Assembly: GCA_964016885.1 (NCBI GenBank)
Contig: OZ024741.1
Coordinates: 167,400,001-167,464,000 of the forward strand
DNA length: 64,000 nt
Direction of reading: 5' to 3'
From: Eledone cirrhosa
Lineage: Eukaryota
The translations under genes were made by a program, and so were the position numbers. A model generated the notes under the pieces. The model saw nothing but the letters and a program-made list of their open reading frames with translations. It was not told where the DNA came from and searched no databases. Positions within the stretch are counted from its first letter, which is position 1. The number at the start of each line of letters is the position of its first letter. Positions 38,128 through 51,415 of this stretch are shown in pieces.

Positions 38128-38313
38128 CATATATATACCAGTTTAACCCATGCAAAATAGATATTGTTTTCATTTACTTTTTGCACACCCACACCTACAC
38201 AGACACACACACATATATATACATACATGCATATATATATACACATACACACATATATATACACACACACACATATATATATATACATATACACATATAT
38301 ATATATATATATA

Positions 38314-39648
38314 TTGAGATTGACGAATATAGGGTCCAAGAGGCGATTAAGGAAATGAAAAATGGTAAGGCCGCGGGACGGTCGGGGATAGTTGCTGAGA
38401 CGCTGAAGGCATCAGGGGATGTAGGCACTAAACTGGTTGCACGCATCATCAATCAGGCTATATATGGCAGTGTCATACCCAAAGACTGGTGCAGCAGTAT
38501 TCTCATAAATTGCTACAAAGGTAAATGGGATGCTCTGGAGAGGAGCAATTATAGGGGCATAAAACTGATGGATCAGGTTATGAAAGTGGCAGAAAGGATA
38601 TTAGCGCAACTAATTAGAGAAAGGGTCAAACTAAATGAGATGTAGTTTGGTTTTGTGCCTCGGAAAAGTACAACAAATACCCTCTTCTTAGTGAGAGAAT
38701 TACAAGAGAGGTTCTTAGAGAAGAATAAGCCACTATACTTATCTTTTGTTGACCTAGAAAAGGCCTTTGAAAGGGTACCTCGATCTGTCATCTGGTGGTC
38801 CCTAAGGAAACTAGGTGTTGAGGAATGGCTTGTGAGGACAGTGCAAGCTTTGTACATAGGTGCTGTCAGTAAAGTGAGGGCAGGAATGGAGTTTCGTGAG
38901 CAATTCCAGATACAAGTAGGAGTACATCAGGGTTTGGTCCTCAGCTCGCTCTTGTTCATTATAGTCCTCCAAGACATAACAGAGGAGTTTAAGACTGGCT
39001 GTCCATGGGAACTACTCTATGCTGACGATCTGGTTCTTATAGCAGAATCAGTAGAGGAGCTAGAGAATAAATTCTGGCTATGGAAATAGCAGTTGGAATG
39101 AAGAGGACAGAGTGAATCTAGCTAAGACAAATGTGTTGATGATTAGAAAAGGGGACAAAACTCTGATTCCGTCAGGGAAATGGCCATGTTCGATATGCAG
39201 AAAAGGAACTGGCATAAATTCTATAAAATTCACACAATGCAGATCTTGGGTACACAAGAGATATAGTGGGATAGCAGGCAAACTAACAGGTAGGGAGAAA
39301 TACGTATGCAGTAGATGTACAGGGATATTAGACAGTAGAAGTCGCATTGATAGACACATTTTTCAAATGCAGGCGGGTGCTATAGAAGTTGTTGATAGCT
39401 TCTGGTACCTAGGTGATCAGATTAGCATAGGAGAGGGGTGTTCCGAGGCCATAGTATCTAGAATAAGGACGGTTTGCCAGAAGTTTAGGGAGCTGCTTCC
39501 TCTGAGGACGAAGAAGGGTTTCTCCCTGCATACGAAAGGCCAGCTATAAGATGCTTGTGTGAGATGTACAATGCTGCATGGTAATGAGACATGGGCAGAA
39601 ACTGCAGAGGACATACGACGGCTAGAGATAAATGAGGCAAGCATGCTC
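38314..39648 (+). mobile_element. RTE-like LINE fragment, copy 2
   Basis: As 2526-3860, with an extra CAG>TAG stop at 38643-38645. Confidence 0.9.
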
Positions 39649-39816
39649 GAATTATATAATTTGTACATGGTAGCTAAAAAAATGAAAAAACTTTTTTAAT
39701 GATATAACATAAATATTCAATAAAAATATCAATGGAATAAATAAATACAACATTTATCATTTATCTGGTTCAAATGATTGTGAAAGGAATTTGTTGAAAG
39801 ACCATATATATATATA

Positions 39817-39874
<58 letters not shown>

Positions 39875-39986
39875 TAAAAGGAATTCCAACTTTGTCTGAT
39901 TTACTCGTTTTATTTACAATCCTTTAAAATTTATAATGGTATTAGAATGAAATAGTATGGCAGAATATTAAATGTTAAGTGTTAAT

Positions 39987-40025
39987 TGAACAAGTACTTT
40001 CATGCTTTCGCAATCTTCAGGTTCA
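39987..40025 (-). ncRNA. Minimal type I hammerhead ribozyme, copy 2
   Basis: Identical to 4184-4222. Confidence 0.75.
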
Positions 40026-41547
40026 TAATGTGTGGTGACAGTCAAGTTTGCAATTTTCAACTGTTGAAAATTACAAACTTGACTGTCACCACATCAATGA
40101 GAGGAAAAGGGTGTATGGAATAATCCAACGATTATCAACAGTAAATTTTGACCTTTAAGTCGGATTGTATGGGTATGACCACCATACTGTCTATCCCTTC
40201 TTCTATACTCCGGAAAGGAATTTTCGGCAACAAATGTGGTTTGTCTGAATGCTTTGGGATAACATTTTGAGCAATGGCCTCAGCAGTTTCGGGCTTGCTA
40301 TCTTCAGCCTTTATCAGCAGAATATGAGCATGAGTGAGGCCTCGTTTTCTGCCACTCTATTGTAGCAAATTGAGCCACAACTTTTTGTTCAGTATGTCAT
40401 CCATGAGGCTGTCATACTTGATCTTGAAGACTCTTGCACAAATATCTAGGTTCTTCACCAGGGTGCAAACTATTTTTTATTTCATTCCATTTAGGGTTAG
40501 TTGTTACCGTTATGAAATAAGATGGCTTTCCCATGTGTCGAACTACAGTCATCGAATTCTGAAAACACTCACTGCAGAAGCGAGGGGAACCATAGATTAA
40601 AGGAGGAAGAACAATTCTCCGGCCTGCACTTGTTTCAGACGTTAGACTGTGCCCATGCTAGGGTACCACGATTAAAGAATTTTCTTGACCTCAATTCCAG
40701 TACATATATTTTAAAATCTAATACTTATTTTATTGATCTCTTCTATTCTCTTTGAAAGGTGTGTGTGTCTATGTGTTCATATGTATGATGGTACCCTATT
40801 GCTTGCGACGAGGATTCTTCCAGCTAGGTTTCTCAAATGGACTGCCTGAAATTAAGGTGAGAGTGTGTGAGCATTCCATAGACACGTATAACGGAGGGTT
40901 TCAGGGTGGGACTACATTGGTTCTTCGACTTACTGGCAGAGTACACTTTTTTTACTTCGGTGGAGAGAAGAACACAACGCACTGATGGGATTCAAACTTC
41001 AACATTACAATCACGAGACACACACACGGACATAAACGCACACACATATGCACACATATACAGATAGAGTAACACACATATACACACACATAAACACACC
41101 GCACATACATATATATATATACCTGTGTGAGTGAGTCTATGTACTTATGCAATGGTAAAAAGAATATACACCTGTGGATTGAATCTTAATACTGTAGTAA
41201 ATTATCCTTTCCATATTTCCACGTCTTCACATACACACACACAGCCACATATAGAGATAACCACACTATCGTCTATCTTTCTATCTACCTACCTATATAT
41301 CTAAGTATCGATCTATCAACCTATCTATCTACCTGCCAACCTACCTGTCTATCTACCTCTCTCTCTCACACTCACAAATATATCTATTCTAGAGAGTGTG
41401 TCTGTTAGATGTATAATTGCATTTCAAGAATTACAAAGAATTTGCAAGTTACTTCATCCGGGGAGGATTAATAATAGCTTCACTAACCTCGGAAGACGAT
41501 GTGTGTGCAGTATGTATGTGTGTCTATATATAGATATATATATATAT

Positions 41548-43142
41548 ATTCGCGCATGTGCAGTATGGACCAGCCTTCATGCATGCACAGTACAGACAGG
41601 CCTTCGCGCATATGCAGTACGGAGCGGCCTTTGCGCATGCCCAGTACAGACCATCCTTCACGCATGCACAGTATGGACCAGCCTTCGCGCATGCGCAGTA
41701 TGGACCAGCCTTCGCGCATGCACACTTCAGACCAGCCTTTGCGCATGCGTACTTCGGACCAGCTTCTGCACATGTGCAGTACAGACCAGCCTTTATGCTG
41801 GCGCAGTACAGACCATTATTCGGGCATGCGCACTTTCGACCAGCCTACGCACATGCGCAGTACGGACCAGCCTTTATGCATGTGCAGTACAGACCAGTAT
41901 TCGAGCATGTGCACTTCAGATCAGCCTTTCCGCATGTGCAGTACGGACCAGGCTTCACGCAAGTGCAGTACGGACCAGCCTTCATGCATGCGCAGTACAG
42001 ACCACCTATCGCGCATGAGCAGCATGGACCAGATTTCGCGCTTGCGCACTTCGGTCCAGTCTTCGCACATGCACAGTTCGGACCAGACGTCACGTATGCA
42101 CACTTTGGACCAGAGTTCGCACAATCACAGTACAGACCAGCCTTCGCGAATGCGCATTTCGTATCAGCCTTCGCACATGCGTAGTACGGACCAGCCTTTG
42201 CATATGATCACTTCGGACCAGCATTCGCGCACATGCAGTACTGACCGGCCGTCGCGCATGCGCAGTACGGACCAGCCTTCGTGCATGCGCAGTACCCACT
42301 GGCCTTCGCGCATGCGCAGTATGGAGCAGATTTCGAGCATGCGCAGTAACGATTAGACTTCGCGCTTGCGCAGTATGAACCCGCCTTCGAGCATGCGCAG
42401 TATGGACCAGCCTTCGCGCATGCACAGTATGGACCAGCCTTCGCACATGCGCTGTACGGACCAGACTTCGCCCTTGCGCAGTACTGACAGCCTTCGCACA
42501 TGCGCACTTATCACCAACCTTCGTGCATGCATACTTCGGACCAGCCTTCGTGCATACTCACTTCAGACCAGACTTCGCGCATGCCCACTTCAGACCAGAC
42601 TTTGCGCCTGTGCACTTCGGACCGACCTTCCCACATGTGCAGTATGGCCCAGCCTTCGCTCATGCACAGTACGGAGCTGTCTTCACGCATGCTCAGTACG
42701 GACCAGCATTCGCGCATGCCTAGTATGGATCAGTCTTCGCGCATGCAGGCTTCGGACCACCCTTCGCGCATGCGCACTTAAGACCAGGATTCGCACATGC
42801 GCACTTCGGACCAGCCGTCCGAATGCGCACTTCGAGCCAACCTTCTCGCAAGCGCAGTACGGTACCAGCCTTCAACCATGCGCAGTACCGACCAGCCTTT
42901 GCGCATGCACATATGGAACAGACTTCGCGCATGTGCACTTGGGACCAGCCTTCGTGCATGCGCTGTACAGACGAGCCTTCGCACATGTGCGGTTCGGACA
43001 AGCCTCCACGCATGTGCACTTCGGTCCAGCCTTCGCGCATGTGCACTTCAGACCAGCCTTCCTGTATGCACACTTCAGACCAAGCTTTGCGGATGCGCAC
43101 TTCGGACCAGCCTTCGCGCATGCACACTTCGGACCAGACTTT
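41548..43142. repeat. 27-bp minisatellite, copy 2 (~59 units)
   Basis: Same unit and flanks as copy 1, longer array. Confidence 0.95.
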
Positions 43143-44228
43143 ACCTATATATATGTCTATGTATAAATAGATATATTTGTGTGTGTGTCCGTTAGATGTA
43201 TTATTGCATTTCATGAATTACGAAGAATTAACAATTTACTTCACCCGGGGAGGATTAATAATAGCTTCACTAACTTCGGGAGACGATTTGTGTGTGGTGT
43301 GGTATGTAAGTGTGTGTGTATATATTTAAATATATATATATGTGTGTGTGTGTGTATCAGACATAATTTATATGCTATTACATTTATATATATCTAATCA
43401 ATGGGCGTACAACAGTGCTTAATCTAAACTATAATAAAGTAAGAAGCGCGGGACTGCGTACGGTTTATAATTGTTTATCCACTTAGTAAAATAATTTGGA
43501 TTACTTTGAATAAATAATTGTTTCTACTTTAGGCACAAGGCCAGCAATTACCCAGTGCATTACTGGTACTTTGAATAAATAATGAATGAATATTACATAA
43601 TTTATCTACTAAATTTCCTGGCTGTTCATTAAATATATTTTATTACTAATTTAAGGATTCACTTCTTTAAAATTTTCAAATGTCAACACTTCTGGTTAGC
43701 GATCGTTTAAATTAATATTCATATATTTCTGTCACTAATTTTCTCCTAATGCAGTTTATATATAATACCATCTTTTTTTAATGTATCATGGATGACGTTA
43801 CTGATTACATAAGACAGTGTAACACAGTCTTCGTTCCATTTCTGTGTATATTGTCAATTACGATTTTATTTGATGTATCATATCTACATGCATATATACT
43901 TGTGTATAATATCAATATACACACTACACAAGCTAGCAGAAAACTCCCAAAGGGTGGTTTTTCTGCTAGTTATATTAAGTGAGTTTTAAAAAAAAGAGTT
44001 AATAAATAAATAAAAAGTTATACTTGTTTTACCCTCCCATTTCCAATTAAATCGAACACTATCATGATTGTATGTGTGTGTTTGTGTAAATGTATATGTG
44101 TGAATGCATGTATGTTTGTGTGAAAGTATGCGTTGATTTGTGTTAACCTATATTACACGGCTCAGAAATACTCTTTCTTCGAGCTATTTCATTGTAAATG
44201 ATCGCCTGAGATTTGAACTCATTATTAT

Positions 44229-44277
<49 letters not shown>

Positions 44278-44929
44278 ATAAAATAACAGATTAAAGTTTA
44301 AGCAAAGAATCGCTGCTTTCACCCTTAACGGGATCTTATGAAACTAACAAAGTCAATCTGTGAACGCAGAAGTGAATATTTCAAAAAAGGTTGCAACCGG
44401 AGGAAGACAGGAAGACGATACTTTAGTTCGTGGAAACGTTCCCTGGCAAAGAACGTGAAAAAACGAATATAATACGTCATTATTTGGAGCAGTGAAAAAC
44501 AATTACACGCAAAGACAGAACCACGTTTATTGTATAAAAGAAGTCGTAGGTGGTTCATAGAGACGTTCTCTGGCAATGAACAGAAGAAAAAACCAAGATA
44601 ATACGTCATATGTTGAACGGGGAGAACAATTGCACGCAAAGACAAAACCACGTAAATGGTATAACTGAAGTCGTAGACTAAAATTCTAACTAGGAAACCG
44701 AATGATTCTCGGCTTCAGAGTTAAGAATAAAGTAAATAAAATACAGAGGCTATTGAAATTAAATAAATACATACACGCATCCATATACACAAGCATACGC
44801 GAAAACACTCGCCATTGTATACAAATACACGCACGTACACAAAAAAAAAAAAAAAAAAAACCTGTACGCACATACAGAACCCCAGAACCCATGCAACGCC
44901 TGTACCCGCACGCATACGCATATATATTA

Positions 44930-44975
<46 letters not shown>

Positions 44976-47656
44976 TGTGTGTGTGTGTGCGTGTATACAT
45001 ATAATTAAATAAACGTATATAAATAAATAAATACATATATAATAAGCGCACACACATACCTACATGTAAATACACATATGTTCGGAGACGAACGTCAACC
45101 AAAACACGAAGTACACATATACACACACCCTACATACGGACGAACCCGCATACTCACACAGACGCAAAACTCACATATACACATAACCAAAAGCATATGT
45201 ACCAGAATATATAATATATACGCCATAACATATACAATCAAATATACGTACGAGAAAGTATACGTACCTTCACAAAACATACAGGTAAAATATAATTACC
45301 TATACAAATAAGTGATGGTATAAACATAACATATACTTAGCTACCACATCAAGATGTAAACTATCCGTTAGGGTATAATGTGGGGCTGTAATACAGGAAA
45401 GTTTTGTGCAATTTATGTTTACAAGCCAAAATTGCCTCAGATTTTTTGTTTAAGATGTGGTCAGGGCTGGCATTACCATTATGGATAATTAGGCAGACAC
45501 CAAGAGCTGGTACTATCATTAAGGCCAACTAGGTAGTTACCTAGAGCTGGCTCTACCATTGACACCAACCAGGAAACCACCATGGGTGAAGGCCTCTGTG
45601 AGGGATACATTACTGAACTGTACAGGATCACAATTTTATACAAATTTGTATAATTAAATTAAGTATATAATAATTTCCTGTGATCAATAACTAAATCACA
45701 AAACATCTTTACCACAGAGTGGAAATATCCAAAGCTGTAGAGAGGCTGATATGGTATGGGTGAGTATGGAGTGTGAAGTGCAAGATACAGGCTTAGTGTG
45801 GTGAGCACAAGAAGTTTCACAACCTAAGATGAAATTATCATATTTGGGAGAATGGAGTGCATAACTTGGAGAAGAGGGTGTACATTGTAGAGCTAGTCTC
45901 TGGTTCTAAATACCTAGGCACCAGTTTTTACAATATCTCACATATTTAGTGAAGTGGATGTAGCTAATTTTAGTTCTGTCTATATCTTTAAACTGCATCT
46001 ATTTTCAGGGTTTAGGATTGAAAACCCCTAGATATTGAGAAGAATGGAGCTGACTCTTATCTAAGAACACTAACAGGTCTGCTCTGACATAGAACAGTAT
46101 CACATGCAAGGATTGCAGAGTAAGCTGCATTACTAAATAACACTGATCTCAGAATAGAGTCCTGGACTAAACAGCAGTGATCCAGTAATATAAGATGAAA
46201 ATTTGCATGTAACTTACAAATAGATAGTATAATGACTACTAGGTAGTCAAGCCAAAAACCAATGGCTACTTAATTGTAGGACTGGGAAGGAAACCTCCTA
46301 TGACCAACTGTTAATACATTGTGGGACTGGGGAAAATGCCTCATTAGTCTAGAAAGAGGACCTTCTAATAGAAATGTCAAAATTGTTAGAGTGCCTGGTA
46401 ACTGACATGTCAAGCCTAGTCATATAATGTGTCATGCTGGTTTTGTTTGGGAATTACTTGGTTTCAATCATTAGGCTGTGGCCATGATGGAGCCTTGAAA
46501 GGATTTAGTCATTAACATTGACCCCAGTATTTCTGGCACTTATTTTATTGATCCCTTTTTTATTGAACATTATGTTAGATAATCAAAAACACAGACACAA
46601 ATATAAAAAGATATACAGACACATATGTATTTACTCCTATATACATATATGCATATTTATGTGAGCATGGAAAATAGATGTAAAATAGTGATGATGATGA
46701 TGATGAAGAGTAAGAAAATACATGATCAGCTTCTGCAGTTTCTGTCAACCTAGGTCCACTCACAAAACATTAATTGGCTTGAGACTATAGTAAAAGATAC
46801 TTGCCCAAGATGCTGTGCAGTGGGACTGAACTCAGAACCATGTAGTTGTGAAGTAAACTTCTTAACCATATAACCATGCCTACACCTATGTTAGCTGGAC
46901 ATTTAGTTGATCAGACAACTGAATATTCATCATTGAAACTGACGGAGCATCCATCATCATTGTAGAGGGTTGGATGCCATGCTTTCTAGCATAGTTACGT
47001 CCCTTTACAGTCTGAGTTCAAATCCCGCTGAGGTTAACTTTGCCTTTCATCCTTACGGGGTCGATAAAATAAAGTACCAGTAATGTACTGGGTATTTGCT
47101 GGCCTTGTGCCTAAAGTAGAAACAATTATATTAGCAGAGAGTTATGGCCCTTTCAAATACTGCCGAGGCTTTCATCCTTACGGGGTCGATAAAATAAAGT
47201 ACCAGTAATGTACTGGTATAATTGCTGACCTTGTGCCAAAAAGTAGAAACAATTATATTACCTGTTTTCTTTTACTTGATGGTGGGACACGGGCAGTCAA
47301 TGTAGAGAAGATGTAAAGGGTGGGTGGAAATTAGGTAAGCATGCTTCGATGGATGTGTAATGTTAATGTGCATGAACAATGAAGCATGGATGAGCATCAT
47401 GAGAGAAAAACTGGGTGTAAGAGATATCAGATGTAGTGTGTGATAACTGTTGGGTGAAGAAGTGCCAAGAGATCCTAGTAGAAGGAAGTTATAATAGTGA
47501 AAAACCAAGGAAGACCTGGGAAGAGGTTGTGAGAGATGATCTCAAAATACTTAACCCCACAGAAGAGATGACAGAGCAATGAAACAAGTAGCAGGCGGCT
47601 GTGAGGGAAAAGATCTGTTCAACCTACACAAGCATGGAAAAACAGATGTAAAAGGA

Positions 47657-47690
<34 letters not shown>

Positions 47691-48204
47691 GGGGACGATG
47701 ATGATGATGGTGGTTTTGGAGGTGGTGGTGATGATGATGATGATGGTGATGGGGATGATAATGATGATGATGGTAATGATAGTATTTGTAGTGGTGGTGG
47801 TGGTGGTGATGTGCTGATAATATGAAATAGCTACAGTTATTGTTTTTTATATGAGAGGATGGGTAAACAAAAGTTTGTTAATCAATAAACATTTACAACA
47901 CATTGATTAAACACTAATAGAGAAACAAATGAACAAGGAAAGAATTTGAATGAATATTTATAAATATTGACAACTTAATCCTGCTTAAACCTTATATTTG
48001 CATCTTCAAGTAATTGTACCCTTTGTTATCTCACTAATTCACAGGTGCTGCACATTTCATAAATCACTGTTAACTACAATTGAAATTAAATATTTAAATA
48101 AGATATGCATAAAGCCCTGTATAATCCCTCTGTCAAGAATATTATTCTATATAAAGACTAGTCTGTTAAGGTTTGGTACATTGTCCTTTCAGGGTATTCT
48201 CACC

Positions 48205-51200
48205 ATGAAGACTGTATTGCTGATCCTAGTTAACTGCCTGTGCACCAGCGTCATTTGTCAGGGTAAGTAGAGAGTATTAGCTACCTATCTTCTATATATC
48301 ACTCACTACATTTCGTTTCATGTGAGTAGAGAGTTTGGGCTATCTACCTTTCATATGTCACTCGTGCATTTGGTGTAATGTAAGTAGAGAGTGTGGGCTA
48401 CCTACCTTCTATGTGTCACTACTCCATTTGGTGTAATGGGCATAAGGAGCAGGGATGACCCCTGATGGTGAAAAGCTTTACAGGGGTGCTTGCATATTAT
48501 TTATTGTAGCAAAAAATTAATTTGGGAACCCTTTGAATATTGTGAGTACCTTGGTTAAAACCCAACCAGTCCCCCACCTTCACCCACCTACTCTCTGTCT
48601 GCAACTGACTACCTTCCTTCCACATGTGTGTAGCTCATACATTTGATGTAATGTATGCAGAGAGCTTCATAGATGTGACTTCACACATTTGGTGTAATTT
48701 AGTTGTTCTCAGAGACCCAAATTACAATCCTCCCCATGCAATCCTAGGTGTCTTCAATTCTTCCTCATTTTGAAATGTCATCTTTCACCTGAACAACATA
48801 TTAACATGAGCAAACTTTTCAAACCTCCATAATTGTATATATAGTCCCATTTTGAATTGTCATCTAGTCACCATATTAACAAGCTTTTCAAAGCTCAATA
48901 ATTGTACATATATAGTCCCAAATAGGATTAAGTCTGAAGCAGCAATTTGTCTATGAACTGTTAATTTGTGATCTCTCTTATAGTTTGGTATATTACAATT
49001 TCATTTGATATGTAACCCCAATGTACAGTATTCTTTCCCAGTTTCGATACCTCCCTTGGCAAGTATTCCTCTCCAATCCCTCCCCAAGGAACCAAGAACT
49101 TCCTGTTCGAGAATAACTAGTGTAATATGAGAAGTTGAGGATGCAGCATGGCCAAATAGTTCAGACATTTGCTTCAGATTCGTTAGGTCCCAGGTTTGAT
49201 TTCAATGCGTGGTATCTAAGTCAAGTGCCATTAACTATAGCCTTGAGTTAACCTAAGATGTCAATAAATATATTATTAGTGAAGATCTCATGGTATTGCA
49301 ACCTACAAACTCTCTTGGGTTATATTAGCATTGTTCGATACACAGACCTTCATAAATTACATCAAATTTCAGATTTCATCCTTGTCTAGCCCTTTCATTA
49401 CCATATTTCTAATAAAATACACTATATTTGATTTAATAATGAACTTTTTGAAGGGGTTTACTAAAATTGTTAATTATTTCATTATTAAGATATTTGTAAA
49501 AATAACTTAACAAAAGGGTTTTTATATTATATAAGATTTTGCTAGAAGGTTTCAAATGAATTTAATTTTCTGGTGGGACAAATTTCCGATTACTTATTAT
49601 ATTTATCTATTAATATATTTCACTGCGTTTTACTTTATTTTCTATTAGACACTACGTCCGGTGATGTGATACGCCAACGAAGAGCTATTAATTACAAACA
49701 CCATTTAATGAACGTGGAAGTACCTGGAAGTAAGTATTGTCTTTTTTGTTCATTTTTTGTAGGATAATAAGAGAAGGCTGGGCCATCACAGCCATTAATG
49801 TCACAGCAATGGCACTACTGTTAAGGCTAACTAGGCAGCTATCTAGAGTTGGTACTACTATTAAGGCCAACTTGGTAGCTATCTAGGGACAGCACTACCA
49901 TTAACCCTTTAGCATTTACATTACTCTACTATTGTATTTTTCTGATAAAGGCTTTATCTCACATAATTATGTTACATAATATTGAATCTTCAAGATTTTG
50001 ATGATGTTATTGCTTATTTTATGAACAATACCTTAACGTTGGTATAAGCAGCCTGTTATGGCCAGTTTGAACAAAAGGAAGTGAGAGAATTCTGGCCGGA
50101 AACAGTCAGTTAAGGCTAACTTGGCAGCTACCTAGGGTTGGTGTTACCATTTAGGCCAGCTATGGAGCTATCTAGGGTTGGCGCTACCAACTAGACAACC
50201 CCATGGGTGTAGACCTCAGAGAAATGCATTATTGAACCTTACAGAATCACAATTTTATACAAATTTGTATAATTAGATTAAATATATAATCATTTCCTGT
50301 CATCAATAAATAAATCACCAAACATATTTGCAGTGTTGCAACATTGTAGAAAGATCTAAAGCAGTGGAGAGGGTTTTATGGCATGGCTGTGTTGGGACAG
50401 AGTAGTAGAAAATTCAGGCTCAGTAATTTTCTTAGTGTAGTTAGAGCAAGAAATGTCAAAAATTAGGTTTTCAGCTACCAAACTGTAAATGGAAATTATT
50501 TTATTTTGGAGATAAGGAGCATAATTTTATGAAAGGAGGGCGAGTGTTCAAGATCTCTGCAGGCTCTCCTCCCAAACTTGTGACTTTGATGCTGCCAATG
50601 CCATGCCTTAATATCTGTGTGTCAATGTATTTATTGACTCTAAACTTCTGAGTCATAGAGTCAACATATTGAAATATGGGGCAGCTCAAAGCTGGCAGAA
50701 CCCATCTTTTCTGTGGAGAGACATCAAGAGAGGTTGTGGTAGGGGTTGTGGTAGGGCTAGTGGTAGTGGTTGTGATGATGTGGCGGTGGTAAACCAGAAA
50801 ATTTGTTCAACTAACCACCTCTATAGTTATTCTTGCAATTTTACAGTTGTGAACCCATTCCTATAATAATTATACAGTTACTGGTTATAACTACATGCAC
50901 ATAGCTTATATGGCACATTGTAAAATATATTGTTACTATCATACTTATACGGATTAAATGGAGTGACCATGTAACAAACCAGGAAGTCAGGAACCGCACC
51001 AGCAGCTAGTCTCTTCTGCCATCTGCAAGCGATGCCTGGGCTGGTTTGGACACGCTTTGAGACTTCCCCCGGAGAGAATGGTGAACCAAGTACTTAAATG
51101 GAACCCACAGGGAAGCAGATGGAGAGGGCGACCCAAAATGAACTGGCACCAGACAGTTGAGAGGGACCTGCGAGCGACAAACAGACAATGGCAGGACGCT

Positions 51201-51327
51201 GTGCAACTGGCTGCTGACCGAACGCGGTGGAACACTATGACTGCCTCATGCGTCGGAAGACGCGGCAGCTTCTGAGTCTGAGTCTGATACTTATAGAGTT
51301 ACAAATTTCTACTGCTAGATATGTCTG

Positions 51328-51415
<88 letters not shown>

